From: Promethearchaeota archaeon
Lineage (GTDB): Archaea; Asgardarchaeota; Hermodarchaeia; Hermodarchaeales; Hermodarchaeaceae
Length of the DNA stretch: 36,995 nt
Assembly: GCA_048938385.1 (NCBI GenBank)
Contig: JBHLMG010000023.1
Location: 1 to 36,995, forward strand
Direction: 5' to 3'
Below the pieces are notes generated by a model. The model had not been told where the DNA came from. It worked only from the letters and a program-made list of their open reading frames with translations, and did not search any database. The first letter of the stretch is position 1. Each line of letters starts with the position of its first letter. A program made the position numbers and the translations under genes. Positions 28,234-36,995 of the stretch are shown piece after piece.

Positions 28234-29322
28234 TTGAGTAGGAAAAAGTCTATCGATATTAAAAGGTCTGGAGCTGTTTTAGAGGAGAATAAAGCACTTT
28301 CCTTTTCTGGAAGTGGAGACCCCCATGAGGAGATGGGTAAATGTAGGGTGTTTCTACAAACCTTGGAACAAGTATCAACAGAGCTTCTAATCTTTGATGG
28401 TGATTATCTAGCAGACCCTGCCTATCTAAAAGCAGATGGCGATATTGATGCCATTACCCGGCAATCAATAGGTGCCTTGGCTAAACTTTATGGAACACTC
28501 CTTGATTTGAACATCCCAATACTTCTTGCCGCAGGGAACTATGAAATCTTTGGAACAACGTCAGATGCAATTGAGAGCCTTGGGACAGATCAAATCTTCG
28601 ATGTTGGGTGCAATAAGAAGGTATCCCCGAAAGAAATCGGAATTTTTGAAGAGCCGGTTTTTATGGATCTTTTAACCAAACGAATAACCTGGCCTGGTGA
28701 TATTTTTTCTAAGGAAGGATTCACTTTTATTGGGGTCGAAGGGTCAAATCCCATTAACTACACATTTCCTGGTGAACGAACCGAAGATAATGTGAGCTGG
28801 GCGCTCGAAACGCCATGGTCGAAGGCTTCGCCACAATCAGAACAAACTATTCTTGTAGTACACTCGCCGCCCTTTGGGATTCGGGATCGGTTAGGGCGAT
28901 TTGGGATTCCCCCTCATCTCTGGGGAGCACAAAAAGGTAGTACAGGATTAAGGACTTTCCTGGATGAGAAAAGACCCTTTTTGACAACGGTCGGTCACAT
29001 TCATGAGGACTTTGGAATCCATTTACGCGCTTGGTCAAAAAAGGATCCAGAAGCACCACCTCAGGAAACAGATATCACCTTTCGGAGTCGAACCAAACTC
29101 TTAATTGGATATGATACTGACCAAACCGAACTTTCAATCGTTGTCAACAAGGGGACCCTAGAGTATTGGAATTGGTCACAAATCACGATTGCACAACAAG
29201 GTTCTCTTCGCTTAATTGATGTTGAAGGAGAGTGGATGAACCGAAAGGGCAAGAAAAAACCCTTCAAGAAGTACAATCAGGTACTTGACTACGATGAGAC
29301 AATTCCTGCTTTCTTTTCTTAA
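28234..29322 (+). CDS. Calcineurin-like metallophosphoesterase (Icc-related)
   Basis: GDPH, GD, GNYE, HSPP and GHIHE motifs. Confidence 0.85.
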   Translation: MSRKKSIDIKRSGAVLEENKALSFSGSGDPHEEMGKCRVFLQTLEQVSTELLIFDGDYLADPAYLKADGDIDAITRQSIGALAKLYGTLLDLNIPILLAAGNYEIFGTTSDAIESLGTDQIFDVGCNKKVSPKEIGIFEEPVFMDLLTKRITWPGDIFSKEGFTFIGVEGSNPINYTFPGERTEDNVSWALETPWSKASPQSEQTILVVHSPPFGIRDRLGRFGIPPHLWGAQKGSTGLRTFLDEKRPFLTTVGHIHEDFGIHLRAWSKKDPEAPPQETDITFRSRTKLLIGYDTDQTELSIVVNKGTLEYWNWSQITIAQQGSLRLIDVEGEWMNRKGKKKPFKKYNQVLDYDETIPAFFS

Positions 29323-29359
29323 TTTATCCAATTCTTGATTTTAACACGAATAACTGTGA

Positions 29360-29785
29360 CTATTTGCGGGTTTGTAAGTCGGGAAAGGTCCATCGCTCTC
29401 CCTCTTTCCGTGTTAATGCTAATTTTCTTTTCACGAAGAACTGCATTACTGACCGGGCTTTATTAGTCGGAAGCCATAGCTCTTCGGTGATGTATTCCAT
29501 GCGCATTGTGCCATTATGCTTTAAGGCTAGTTTAGCTACGAGTTCTGCTCGACGCAGATCGAGAAATTGTAAGTACAGGAACATTATTGCAGCTAGGATT
29601 AAAAATGCACCACCAAGAGTGGTGTAAAGGGCTTGTTCCACCAGTCCTAGCACTAAGATTTGGGAAGTTACTGAGATACTTAAACCTGCCACGATGATGC
29701 CTGTTACTGTATATAAGAAAAGGCGTCGGCGGCGAACAGGTTTCATTACTTTCTTTAATCCGTCTGTCATTTCTTCACGCTCCAT
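29360..29785 (-). CDS. Hypothetical protein with two TM helices and a C-terminal winged-helix-like segment
   Basis: Two hydrophobic helices, then NGTMRMEYITEELWLPTNKARSVMQFFVKRKL. Confidence 0.65.
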   Translation of the reverse strand: MEREEMTDGLKKVMKPVRRRRLFLYTVTGIIVAGLSISVTSQILVLGLVEQALYTTLGGAFLILAAIMFLYLQFLDLRRAELVAKLALKHNGTMRMEYITEELWLPTNKARSVMQFFVKRKLALTRKEGERWTFPDLQTRK

Positions 29786-29806
29786 AAAAAAAGGGAGGAA
29801 GGGCCG
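29785..29806 (-). terminator. Pyrimidine-rich T7 tract after the NSS operon
   Basis: Minus strand GGCCCTTCCTCCCTTTTTTT just after the stop at 29812. Confidence 0.45.
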
Positions 29807-29811
29807 TGTGG

Positions 29812-30036
29812 CTATTTTGGACGGCCCATATACATTACGTAGAAGAAGAAGATTAGCACTCCATAGGTTAGCAGTGTGTCAAGGACTAATACGCCCACTA
29901 CAATGGGCGAGGCGCCCTGTAGTATCCAGACAAACCCGGCAATTCCGGTAATGATGGCAATGATGATTGGCCAGATAAAGCCACCCCAAATACCATATCG
30001 CTCGAATGGTCCGAAGAAGATGTCCATAAGACCCAT
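29812..30036 (-). CDS. Small 2-TM membrane protein coupled to the NSS transporter
   Basis: ATG 1 nt after the transporter stop, GGAG SD inside the transporter 3' end; very hydrophobic. Confidence 0.7.
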   Translation of the reverse strand: MGLMDIFFGPFERYGIWGGFIWPIIIAIITGIAGFVWILQGASPIVVGVLVLDTLLTYGVLIFFFYVMYMGRPK

Positions 30037-30037
30037 G

Positions 30038-31582
30038 CTAATCAACTCCTTTCAAACGCCAGAGAATGAATGCAGCCACTAGTAATATTGCTATCCACAG
30101 TCCAGGTATGAGGATCTCAAAGCCTGTCCCGGCGCCGTAAATACCAGGATTGAATCCTGCGCCTATACTAGCTGTTCCTAAGATGAAGTTATTGAAGATG
30201 ATGAATCCGAATGCTATGATGATACCGATGGGGGAGACTATCTTGATGAACAACTGGTACCAGTTTGGTAACTTGAAGTCACCGGATTCGTTGGCATCAT
30301 TAACAATCTTTCCTCCACCGTAAACCCAACCCATGATCAACATCATGAATAAGGCTACGATGACGAGACCATAAAATTCGACGTAATAGTCTACAACATC
30401 AAGGAGGAAGAGCCCCCACGAAACATCTACGGCGCCCGCAAGTCCTGGGGCTTCGAGCCAGTTGATGAATGGAAGACCCATGAGGAATATCAAAAGGACG
30501 ACTGAAATTACTGTTCGTGACCGTGGCCAACCAAACTTGTCTATCACAGCTGTGACTATACCTTCGACTAATGAAACGGCACTAGTGATTCCTAAGAACA
30601 CAACCATGAGGAAGAATACGACTCCGAGAATATTCCCTCCAGGGAAGACCATTGCGCCAGGCCACGCTATGAACGCGAAACCGACTGTGGAAGCTCCTGG
30701 GGGAGCAGCAAGGAGTCCGGCAAATGCAGCAATGGGGAAGATGGCTAGACCTGCAGTGAAGGCATAGGTTGTGTCGAGGAGACTGGTAGTGATTGCACTG
30801 TTTGTTAATTCTCCTTTACGGGGCAGATAACTCGCGTAAGCAGTTAAGATACCCATTCCGGCGCTGAGTTTGAAGAAACTCAACGAAACAGCAGTTGACC
30901 ACATCTCTGTGTTCAGAAACTGGGCGGGATCAGGGTTCAAATAGAAATTCAGTCCGGCAGATGCACCTGGAAGTAGAAACGCCCAGATAGCCATACCGAT
31001 GATGATTACCCACAAGATTGGGAAGAAGAGCATAACAGCCCTTTCAATTCCACGAGTTCCGAAATAGTCGATGATGAAGATGATGAGCCATACAGCAACT
31101 AAGCCTACCAGAAGAATAGGACTGTACATTAGGTTTACAAAGAAACCTGGTTGATCCGTGAAGGTTGATGGACCTAGTGGGCCATCAAGGGTTAAACCTG
31201 GAACAGCAGCATAACCGACATAGATTACTGACCAGCCAATAATCACGCAATAAAAGGCTGTCAACATTGCAGCGTTAGCTAGGCAGAACCATCCCAGAAA
31301 TTCGCCAGATTTATTGATTCGCTTTAAAGCACCAGGGAAGCCTCGACGAGTTGTTGAACCAAGCACAAATTCAGTAAGCACCACTGGGATACCCACTAAC
31401 GCTAACATGATGATATAGATGATAACGAAGGGGCCACCACCCAATGATGATACCCTATAGGGCCAGTTCCATACATTTCCGAGACCTGTCATGGAGCCCC
31501 AAACGGCAAAGATAAAGCCCATTCTGGTGATCCATGCTTCTCTGGCAACTCCTTTCTCGATAGATTCTTCAGGAGGTGACAT
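30038..31582 (-). CDS. Sodium-dependent transporter, NSS/SNF family
   Basis: REAW..R.GFIFA..GS..GLGNVW..PY..GGG.F, FFKLSAGMG...YASY and GFAFIAWP motifs. Confidence 0.95.
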   Translation of the reverse strand: MSPPEESIEKGVAREAWITRMGFIFAVWGSMTGLGNVWNWPYRVSSLGGGPFVIIYIIMLALVGIPVVLTEFVLGSTTRRGFPGALKRINKSGEFLGWFCLANAAMLTAFYCVIIGWSVIYVGYAAVPGLTLDGPLGPSTFTDQPGFFVNLMYSPILLVGLVAVWLIIFIIDYFGTRGIERAVMLFFPILWVIIIGMAIWAFLLPGASAGLNFYLNPDPAQFLNTEMWSTAVSLSFFKLSAGMGILTAYASYLPRKGELTNSAITTSLLDTTYAFTAGLAIFPIAAFAGLLAAPPGASTVGFAFIAWPGAMVFPGGNILGVVFFLMVVFLGITSAVSLVEGIVTAVIDKFGWPRSRTVISVVLLIFLMGLPFINWLEAPGLAGAVDVSWGLFLLDVVDYYVEFYGLVIVALFMMLIMGWVYGGGKIVNDANESGDFKLPNWYQLFIKIVSPIGIIIAFGFIIFNNFILGTASIGAGFNPGIYGAGTGFEILIPGLWIAILLVAAFILWRLKGVD

Positions 31583-31832
31583 AGATACCACTCCTTAAAT
31601 CGCCAACTACTGACGATTCGAGGCTGTCCTATGTTATGTTCTCATATATATTGTTTTAGAGAATTATGATGTAAAGACAGCGAAAAAGGCTAAAAAGACA
31701 TAAAAAATGATTTTTACGCAAATAAGTATTCAGAGCTAGCTTACAGGAAAACCCCCTATCTTGGTTGCTTATCCTAATTCCGAAGGGTTTAGTGTCATCT
31801 AAAGAGTTAGTTATCGAGAAAGAGAGGCACTC

Positions 31833-32687
31833 TCAAATTGGTCCCCACATAGCTCGACCTCGTGTTTGGTAGCGGATTGCTTCTCCAATCCGAAGCTTTT
31901 CTAATGCCATGAGGAATCGAAATGGGGAAAGTTTCTTTTCTTGAATAATCTCTATTAGCTCACCTAAAGTAAAATAGCCATCGAGTTTTTCTTGGATAGT
32001 TGAGATTTCTTCAACACCAATATCGTCGGTAAGGGAATAATTCTTCATTGCGTCAAACATCACATCCTTTACAATAATTTTGGGCATGATGCGAGAGCTA
32101 TTGGCTAATACGAGAAGGATTTCAGGGTTTAGAGTGTACTCAGTATTCACCGATTCTTCAAGCATCTTCAAAAAAAGTCGAAAGGTTTCAACACTTAATG
32201 GGTCGGCTTTCTCTAGAACCTCAAAAGCGGTCGGGAGGAGGGCTTCAAGGGGCTCGATTGCGTGCTCTTCTACAATGACGCGTCCTTTTATTCGACCGGT
32301 GGGAGAGAAGATGTTATCGATAGTTGGCCCTGGTTCTTTAAGTGATATGATACCTAGGCCCTTCAAATCAGCATATTCCACACCACGAATCAGTGAAAAA
32401 CCATTTAGTAATGATTGGGCTTTGATTAATTTCCCCCTCGATTCAAGTTCCCGAAGGGCTAGCGCAACGCGATCCCGTACATCTTCAGTTACTAGAGTTT
32501 TATGACTTTCAACTCCACGAACTTGCCATTGAGCATCAATGTAGATCACAAGAAGATGGCTGGGTGTGCCATGGACATTGACTACGGAAAAGGGGTAGTG
32601 TGTAACTTCTTTTGCCGTGTCTTCATCGACATCTACTTCAATTCGTTTCCGGCAAATTGGACAATCAACCCATACCGTTTTAGGCAT
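31833..32687 (-). CDS. Hypothetical protein: N-terminal CxxC/His Zn-binding domain and C-terminal winged helix
   Basis: CPIC...H...H..VIYID..W.VRG.E and C-terminal KLDGYFTLGELI. GGTGA SD supports ATG 32687 rather than 32918. Confidence 0.7.
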   Translation of the reverse strand: MPKTVWVDCPICRKRIEVDVDEDTAKEVTHYPFSVVNVHGTPSHLLVIYIDAQWQVRGVESHKTLVTEDVRDRVALALRELESRGKLIKAQSLLNGFSLIRGVEYADLKGLGIISLKEPGPTIDNIFSPTGRIKGRVIVEEHAIEPLEALLPTAFEVLEKADPLSVETFRLFLKMLEESVNTEYTLNPEILLVLANSSRIMPKIIVKDVMFDAMKNYSLTDDIGVEEISTIQEKLDGYFTLGELIEIIQEKKLSPFRFLMALEKLRIGEAIRYQTRGRAMWGPI

Positions 32688-32980
32688 ATCATCACCGAAC
32701 CTTGTGTGCGCTACTACTAAATCTAATTTGGATCGGAGGGTGTGCAGGGCGTATCTTTCATCTAAGCCATTCGATAAAGACGATTTATCTTTTGTGTTAA
32801 GGAGTGATATAGTAAGGTCATGATTAATAACTACTAAAACTGGTTCTTCTTTACGGTTTTTGCGAATATTAACTTCGTCTATTAAAGATTTCTCAAAAAA
32901 ATCACGAAATACTTGCAAAAATCTCAGCCAATTTAAGGGAGGCAGGCAATTAATTGTGTGGCGCCAGGGGTTCGTGATCT

Positions 32981-33559
32981 ATGTCTTTAGCTCCGCTCAA
33001 GCTTATAATTGCAGGTGATGGTGGAGTTGGAAAGACAACTCTACTTCGACGATATGTGGAAGGAACTTATGAACACTCGACGCTTACAGTTGGCTCTGAC
33101 TTTGCCTCCAAAACGGTTAACATGAATCACACCGAAATCCAAGCTATTTTTTGGGATTTCGGTGGCGAACCCCGGTTCCGAATGCTCTTTCCGAGTTTTT
33201 GTAATGGAGCTCATGGTGCAGTATTAGTGTTTGATATCTCGCGTTTTGTCACCTTCAATTCACTAGAAGAATGGTTAACGCTAATTCGAGAAGTTGAACC
33301 CAACATCCCTATAATCTTGATAGGGTCAAAATGTGACTTAAATCGAAGCGTAGATTTCGACACAGCACAAGCTTTTGCCGATTCACATAAAATAGAATCG
33401 TATTTCGAAGTGAGCGCACAATCCAATACAGGAGTTCAGGACGCTTTACGATATATCATCCGACGCGCATTTGAATGCAAATACAATGGTCATTCAAAAC
33501 CAAATAACGAAGAGACACTTTCAGACACAGAAGCCTTAACTCCTGTACCTCAGGAATGA
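32981..33559 (+). CDS. Rab/Ras-like small GTPase
   Basis: G1 GDGGVGKTT, G2 TVG.DF, G3 WDFGGE, G4 SKCD, G5 SAQ; no C-terminal prenylation motif. Confidence 0.95.
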   Translation: MSLAPLKLIIAGDGGVGKTTLLRRYVEGTYEHSTLTVGSDFASKTVNMNHTEIQAIFWDFGGEPRFRMLFPSFCNGAHGAVLVFDISRFVTFNSLEEWLTLIREVEPNIPIILIGSKCDLNRSVDFDTAQAFADSHKIESYFEVSAQSNTGVQDALRYIIRRAFECKYNGHSKPNNEETLSDTEALTPVPQE

Positions 33560-33658
33560 AATTTTGACTTTCTTAGTGGCGTTCAAGTGATTTTGTGCCT
33601 ATTACTTATAGGGGCTTTTCTATTGGAGGCTTTTTTATGTAAGGGCTTTTTATTAGTT

Positions 33659-33693
33659 AAAAAAAGATTAGGAGTGTAGGTTAACCTACACTC
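33659..33693 (-). terminator. 22-bp perfect palindrome followed by a T tract, downstream of acyl-CoA dehydrogenase
   Basis: GAGTGTAGGTTAACCTACACTC (33672-33693), then CTAATCTTTTTTT on the minus strand. Confidence 0.65.
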
Positions 33694-33698
33694 ACATG

Positions 33699-34934
33699 TT
33701 ACTTTTCGCTCAGGCGGTCGTAGGGGACGAATTCTTTCCCAAGTAATTCGCGTGCAATGATGATTCGCATGATGTTCATACCACCCTCAGCCCCAATACT
33801 GTAGCTACGAACTCCACGAATCCCTAGGTCAAGTAAGCACTCTTTTGTGTAACCGAAGGCCCCGTGCCAGTCTGCGACTTCGTTGAGGGCAGCAAAAGCG
33901 TCGATGGGGGCGCGAAGTTTAGCCATTGCTGTCCAGTTGGCGATATCGAAGTGGTTGTATTTCGTGTTGCCAGAGTAGACCTGGTCCATAAGCCATGCAG
34001 CTTTGTATGTGACCAGACGGTCACCCATGAGTTTACTATACCATTCGGCAAGGGGGAAGTTGATGCCTTCGTATTTTCCAAGTTCTTTGCCAAAGGCTTT
34101 GCGTTGTTTGATGTAGTCCATGCCAATTTCAAGTCCGCCTAAAGCAGCCCCAATACAAGTCGCTGCAATGATTACTCGGGCCGCGGAGAAGCCTTCCATA
34201 GAGTAGACAAACCCGCGGTTAGGATCTCCAATAAGCCAGTGTTTGGGGATTTCGACATTTTCCATGGCGAAACCACCAGTACTGATTCCCATCCGCCCCC
34301 AGTCGTCAAACAGGGTGGGAGTGAGACCGGGTGTATCTTTTTCTACGGGGAGAATGAAGGCGGCAAGGCCTCGGTGTTTCGGTTTAGCGCCTTTGTCAAG
34401 GTAAGCAAGAGTGAAGTATCGTCCTTTCATCATGCTCATCGATTCGCGTACGCCACTAATGTACACCTTTTCACCGTTTACAACATATTTGTCGCCTTTT
34501 TCTGTAATGGTGGTCTTAGTTGCGCCAACGATATCGCTTCCTCCTGCCGGTTCAGTGGTAGCTATACCGAAGAAGTATTCGCCACTTGCCACCTTAGGTA
34601 AGATTTCTTGTTTAGCTTCCTCGGTACCATGTCGGGCAAAGACCCAGGCCCAACTAGCTTCGACAAGATAGAAAACGGGGATTGCGATGCTGAGGTCAGC
34701 ACGCGCAAGTTCTTCAGCAGCGATACAGGCAAGCGTGAAGTTTCCACCTGCTCCACCATATTTTTCCGGAATAGTAATCCCCAGAAGCCCGAGTTCTGCC
34801 ATTTTCTTAACAAGCCCCTTGGGCATTTCACCTTTTTCATCCATCTCTCGGATATGAGGACGGATTTCTTTCTGGGCGAAGTCCCGGACGGTATCGCGGA
34901 ACAGCTGTTCATCCTGAGATAATTCAAAATCCAA
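33699..34934 (-). CDS. Acyl-CoA dehydrogenase
   Basis: IPEKYGG.G, TTEP.GGSD, NGEKVYIS, RKAFGK, HGAFGY and GAEG motifs; GAGGAGGA SD favours TTG 34934. Confidence 0.95.
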   Translation of the reverse strand: MDFELSQDEQLFRDTVRDFAQKEIRPHIREMDEKGEMPKGLVKKMAELGLLGITIPEKYGGAGGNFTLACIAAEELARADLSIAIPVFYLVEASWAWVFARHGTEEAKQEILPKVASGEYFFGIATTEPAGGSDIVGATKTTITEKGDKYVVNGEKVYISGVRESMSMMKGRYFTLAYLDKGAKPKHRGLAAFILPVEKDTPGLTPTLFDDWGRMGISTGGFAMENVEIPKHWLIGDPNRGFVYSMEGFSAARVIIAATCIGAALGGLEIGMDYIKQRKAFGKELGKYEGINFPLAEWYSKLMGDRLVTYKAAWLMDQVYSGNTKYNHFDIANWTAMAKLRAPIDAFAALNEVADWHGAFGYTKECLLDLGIRGVRSYSIGAEGGMNIMRIIIARELLGKEFVPYDRLSEK

Positions 34935-34986
34935 ATGCAATTCCTCCTCAATGTTCGAGGTTTAACAGCGGGACTCCAGTTAACGG

Positions 34987-35001
34987 TATATAAAAGCCTT
35001 T
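34987..35001 (-). promoter_or_regulatory. BRE/TATA-like promoter of acyl-CoA dehydrogenase
   Basis: Minus strand AAAGGCTTTTATATA about 55 nt upstream of the start. Confidence 0.5.
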
Positions 35002-35020
35002 ACGGTCACACCGCTTTCGA

Positions 35021-35371
35021 CTACTTTAGGCGGGGTTGAGTTGCTAATTTGCGTAGGTCCGGTCCACTATAATATCGATAGATGGTAAAAAAAGCGGTAC
35101 CAATGGTCACCATTATAAACACCCATAGGCCCATCATCATCTCCCTGAAAACGAAATGGTAATACTCATTGAAAGCATGTGGATCCATTGTATCCGCCAG
35201 TAAAGGCAATTGCGAGAAATTCCAAGCCATAAAGGCAAAATAAATCCCAGCAAGAATAGTGCTGACTAGAAAAATGTAGAGAAGAAGGTCAAGTAGCCGA
35301 ATAGTGAATAACTCCCCGATACTTCTGCTAAAAAGACGCAGAAAAAGGTATGCGTTATTTCCAAGGAGCAA
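35021..35371 (-). CDS. Hypothetical small membrane protein (2 TM); start uncertain
   Basis: Two hydrophobic helices separated by a polar loop. Confidence 0.6.
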   Translation of the reverse strand: MLLGNNAYLFLRLFSRSIGELFTIRLLDLLLYIFLVSTILAGIYFAFMAWNFSQLPLLADTMDPHAFNEYYHFVFREMMMGLWVFIMVTIGTAFFTIYRYYSGPDLRKLATQPRLK

Positions 35372-35413
35372 AAGTTATGACTGATGGACACATTACCCTT
35401 CGTGTGATGTACC

Positions 35414-35854
35414 ATGACAGCGAAAACGCGCCCCGACGCGTCTTTAAAACGCGTCTGGACGATCAGCGTATTCGTCTCCAATCAGGAAGACGCCATAGCC
35501 TTTTTTCGAGATGTCTTAGAACTGCCGGTCCTCCTTTACGCTCCACGCTTTGGATGGGTTGAACTAGGACATCCTGATGAACGAGCAAAAATTGCTCTCG
35601 TCGAACCTAATCCAGATGCAGATCCAATATTATATGAATGGCAGCAAAATCAAATTGGCCAGAGCACAGGAATTACCTTTGAGACAGATGACCTCGAAGG
35701 TCTATACCATAAACTGAATGAACGGGGCATTCACTTCTTTATGCTTCCTCAAGAAATGCCCTGGGGTGGTCTCATGGCTGGCTTCGAAGATTTGGATGGG
35801 AACCGCTATAACATCGTTGAAGATCCTGAACACTACACACGAGATTATGGTTAA
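35414..35854 (+). CDS. VOC/glyoxalase/bleomycin-resistance family protein
   Basis: V..QE.A..FFRDVL, ITFETDDL and MPWGG....F.DLDGN motifs. Confidence 0.92.
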   Translation: MTAKTRPDASLKRVWTISVFVSNQEDAIAFFRDVLELPVLLYAPRFGWVELGHPDERAKIALVEPNPDADPILYEWQQNQIGQSTGITFETDDLEGLYHKLNERGIHFFMLPQEMPWGGLMAGFEDLDGNRYNIVEDPEHYTRDYG

Positions 35855-36027
35855 TCAAAGTCGAAGATAGAACGACCCCTTGAAAACTGCATGATATATC
35901 TGCATTGTTCACAAATCATGAGAACAATCTTATGAGAAGTAATGCCCCATCGACTGTCCATTCGACCTTCTTCTCGATGAAATTGCATACCACCACAGAG
36001 TGGACATTGAAGTTGCTGTTTAGCCAA
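35851..36027 (-). CDS. 58-aa zinc-ribbon protein (DUF2082-like), absent from the ORF track
   Basis: MAKQQLQCPLCGGMQF...ICEQCRYIMQF; TTG start with GAGGT SD. Confidence 0.8.
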   Translation of the reverse strand: MAKQQLQCPLCGGMQFHREEGRMDSRWGITSHKIVLMICEQCRYIMQFSRGRSIFDFD

Positions 36028-36156
36028 GATATTCTAACCTCTAGCAGGCGAGCTGCCTCGTTTTGAATGTGCTAATTTGATTAATTAAACCTTATCACAA
36101 TTTGCTTCTGATGTGGCTGACCATAATGGTTTTAACAAAGAGTTGAGTTCGCATTC

Positions 36157-36995
36157 ATGGTGGAGTCAGTGACTGACAAAACGCCAACTGGAATCCCAGA
36201 ACTTGATGATGCCTTGGGTGGCGGTATCCCCCGTGGCTATGTAATCTTGCTTGAAGTCGACACAGGTACCCGCTCAGATGCCTTCGTAACCAATTTCTTG
36301 ACCACTGGGCTTAAGAATGGGGAACTCGCGTATATCCTTTGTACAGAAACCCCCCTCCGCTTTTTCTATCAACAACTCCAAGAGCAGGGTATAGATGTAG
36401 ATGCTGCTTTAGAACAAAATCAACTCATTGGCATCGACGCTTTCACTAATGCCTTTGGTTGGGGAGAGTTCAAGGTTGAAAGCAAATATTCTATTCACGA
36501 TCTAACTAACTCTCGGCAAATCCACGACATTATTCGGAAAACAGTTCTTGACATGAATCCGAAAGAAAATCTGCGTGGAGTCGTTGATTCGTTAACTTCC
36601 ATTCTTCACGCTGCTGATCAAATCGAAGAAGCCATTGCTTATGTCCATCACCAAATGAGCGCTCAGAAGAATCACGGGAACATTCTCCTTTACACTATTC
36701 ATAGAGGGGCCCATTCCGAAGAGCTTCTCGCTCGTCTCGAACACATTGTTGACGGGGTCATCGCCCTCTATAAGATATACGATTCAGATGGGTGGCGAAT
36801 TGGTCTTCAAATTGAGAAAATGCGCAGTATTGACTTCGAACCACGCCTCTACCTTTACGAAGTTGAAGAAGGCAGCATCATGTTAACACCCTTCGAAGAC
36901 CTAGAGGAAGAAGAAGAGGAGGAAGAAGAGGAAGAGGAAGAAGAGGAAGAGGAAGAAGAGGAAGAGGAAGAAGAGGAAGAGGAAGAAGAGGAAGA
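36157..36995 (+). CDS. KaiC/RAD55-like RecA-superfamily protein with degenerate Walker A and poly-Glu tract; 3' truncated
   Basis: PTGIPELDDALGGGIPRG, VVDSLT, IVDGVI.L and IEKMR motifs; no stop before the window end. Start ATG 36157 or GTG 36169. Confidence 0.88.
   Translation, partial: MVESVTDKTPTGIPELDDALGGGIPRGYVILLEVDTGTRSDAFVTNFLTTGLKNGELAYILCTETPLRFFYQQLQEQGIDVDAALEQNQLIGIDAFTNAFGWGEFKVESKYSIHDLTNSRQIHDIIRKTVLDMNPKENLRGVVDSLTSILHAADQIEEAIAYVHHQMSAQKNHGNILLYTIHRGAHSEELLARLEHIVDGVIALYKIYDSDGWRIGLQIEKMRSIDFEPRLYLYEVEEGSIMLTPFEDLEEEEEEEEEEEEEEEEEEEEEEEEEEEEEE
36904..36995 (+). repeat. GAA/GAG poly-Glu tract including about 5 tandem copies of GAAGAAGAGGAAGAG
   Basis: At least 30 consecutive Glu codons; 15-nt unit from 36922 to the window end. 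Confidence 0.95.

Noticed and set aside
32688-32918. 77-aa N-terminal extension of the 31833 ORF
   Set aside because: AT-rich, likely promoter region; an SD and a clear domain start support ATG 32687.
1-36995. Genome-wide TAG reassignment
   Set aside because: Several clear genes end at TAG (7181, 9931, 29360, 29812, 30038, 35021), and no conserved gene has an internal TAG.
36904-36995. CRISPR array or mobile-element end
   Set aside because: No spacers; simple in-frame Glu codon repeat.

Overview
Archaeal chromosomal window, most consistent with an Asgard archaeon. The basis is a Rab-like small GTPase, a longin/NPRL2-like protein, a V4R protein, CDC48, a KaiC/RAD55 ATPase, a duplicated Lrp/AsnC regulator and GGAGG/GGTGA Shine-Dalgarno sites. 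Housekeeping content: iron-sulfur flavoprotein, a korDABC 2-oxoacid:ferredoxin oxidoreductase operon, a possible vitamin-salvage cluster (EamA, AIR-synthase family, methyltransferase, stand-alone ThiN domain, ECF S component), macrodomain, DinB, FOR-type aldehyde:ferredoxin oxidoreductase, HIT, a surface beta-propeller/FnIII protein, ICMT-family protein, YbaK, metallophosphoesterase, NSS transporter, acyl-CoA dehydrogenase and VOC. The most interesting part is 10.6-20 kb. It holds a ChlI/ChlD-type AAA+-vWA protein with an inserted transmembrane hairpin and a candidate -1 slippery site, a longin plus NPRL2-like winged-helix protein, and a cytosolic GIFT/IFT52-like protein. That last gene is divergent from a four-gene run of CDC48, a GLUE/GRAM-like PH protein, a soluble YdjI-type SPFH protein and a V4R protein, a candidate membrane-associated segregase module. 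The unannotated 24.8-25.6 kb gap looks like a stand-alone, highly structured + strand transcript with small ORFs. No rRNA, tRNA, CRISPR array or mobile element was recognised. All family calls are by-eye motif recognition; no searches were run.
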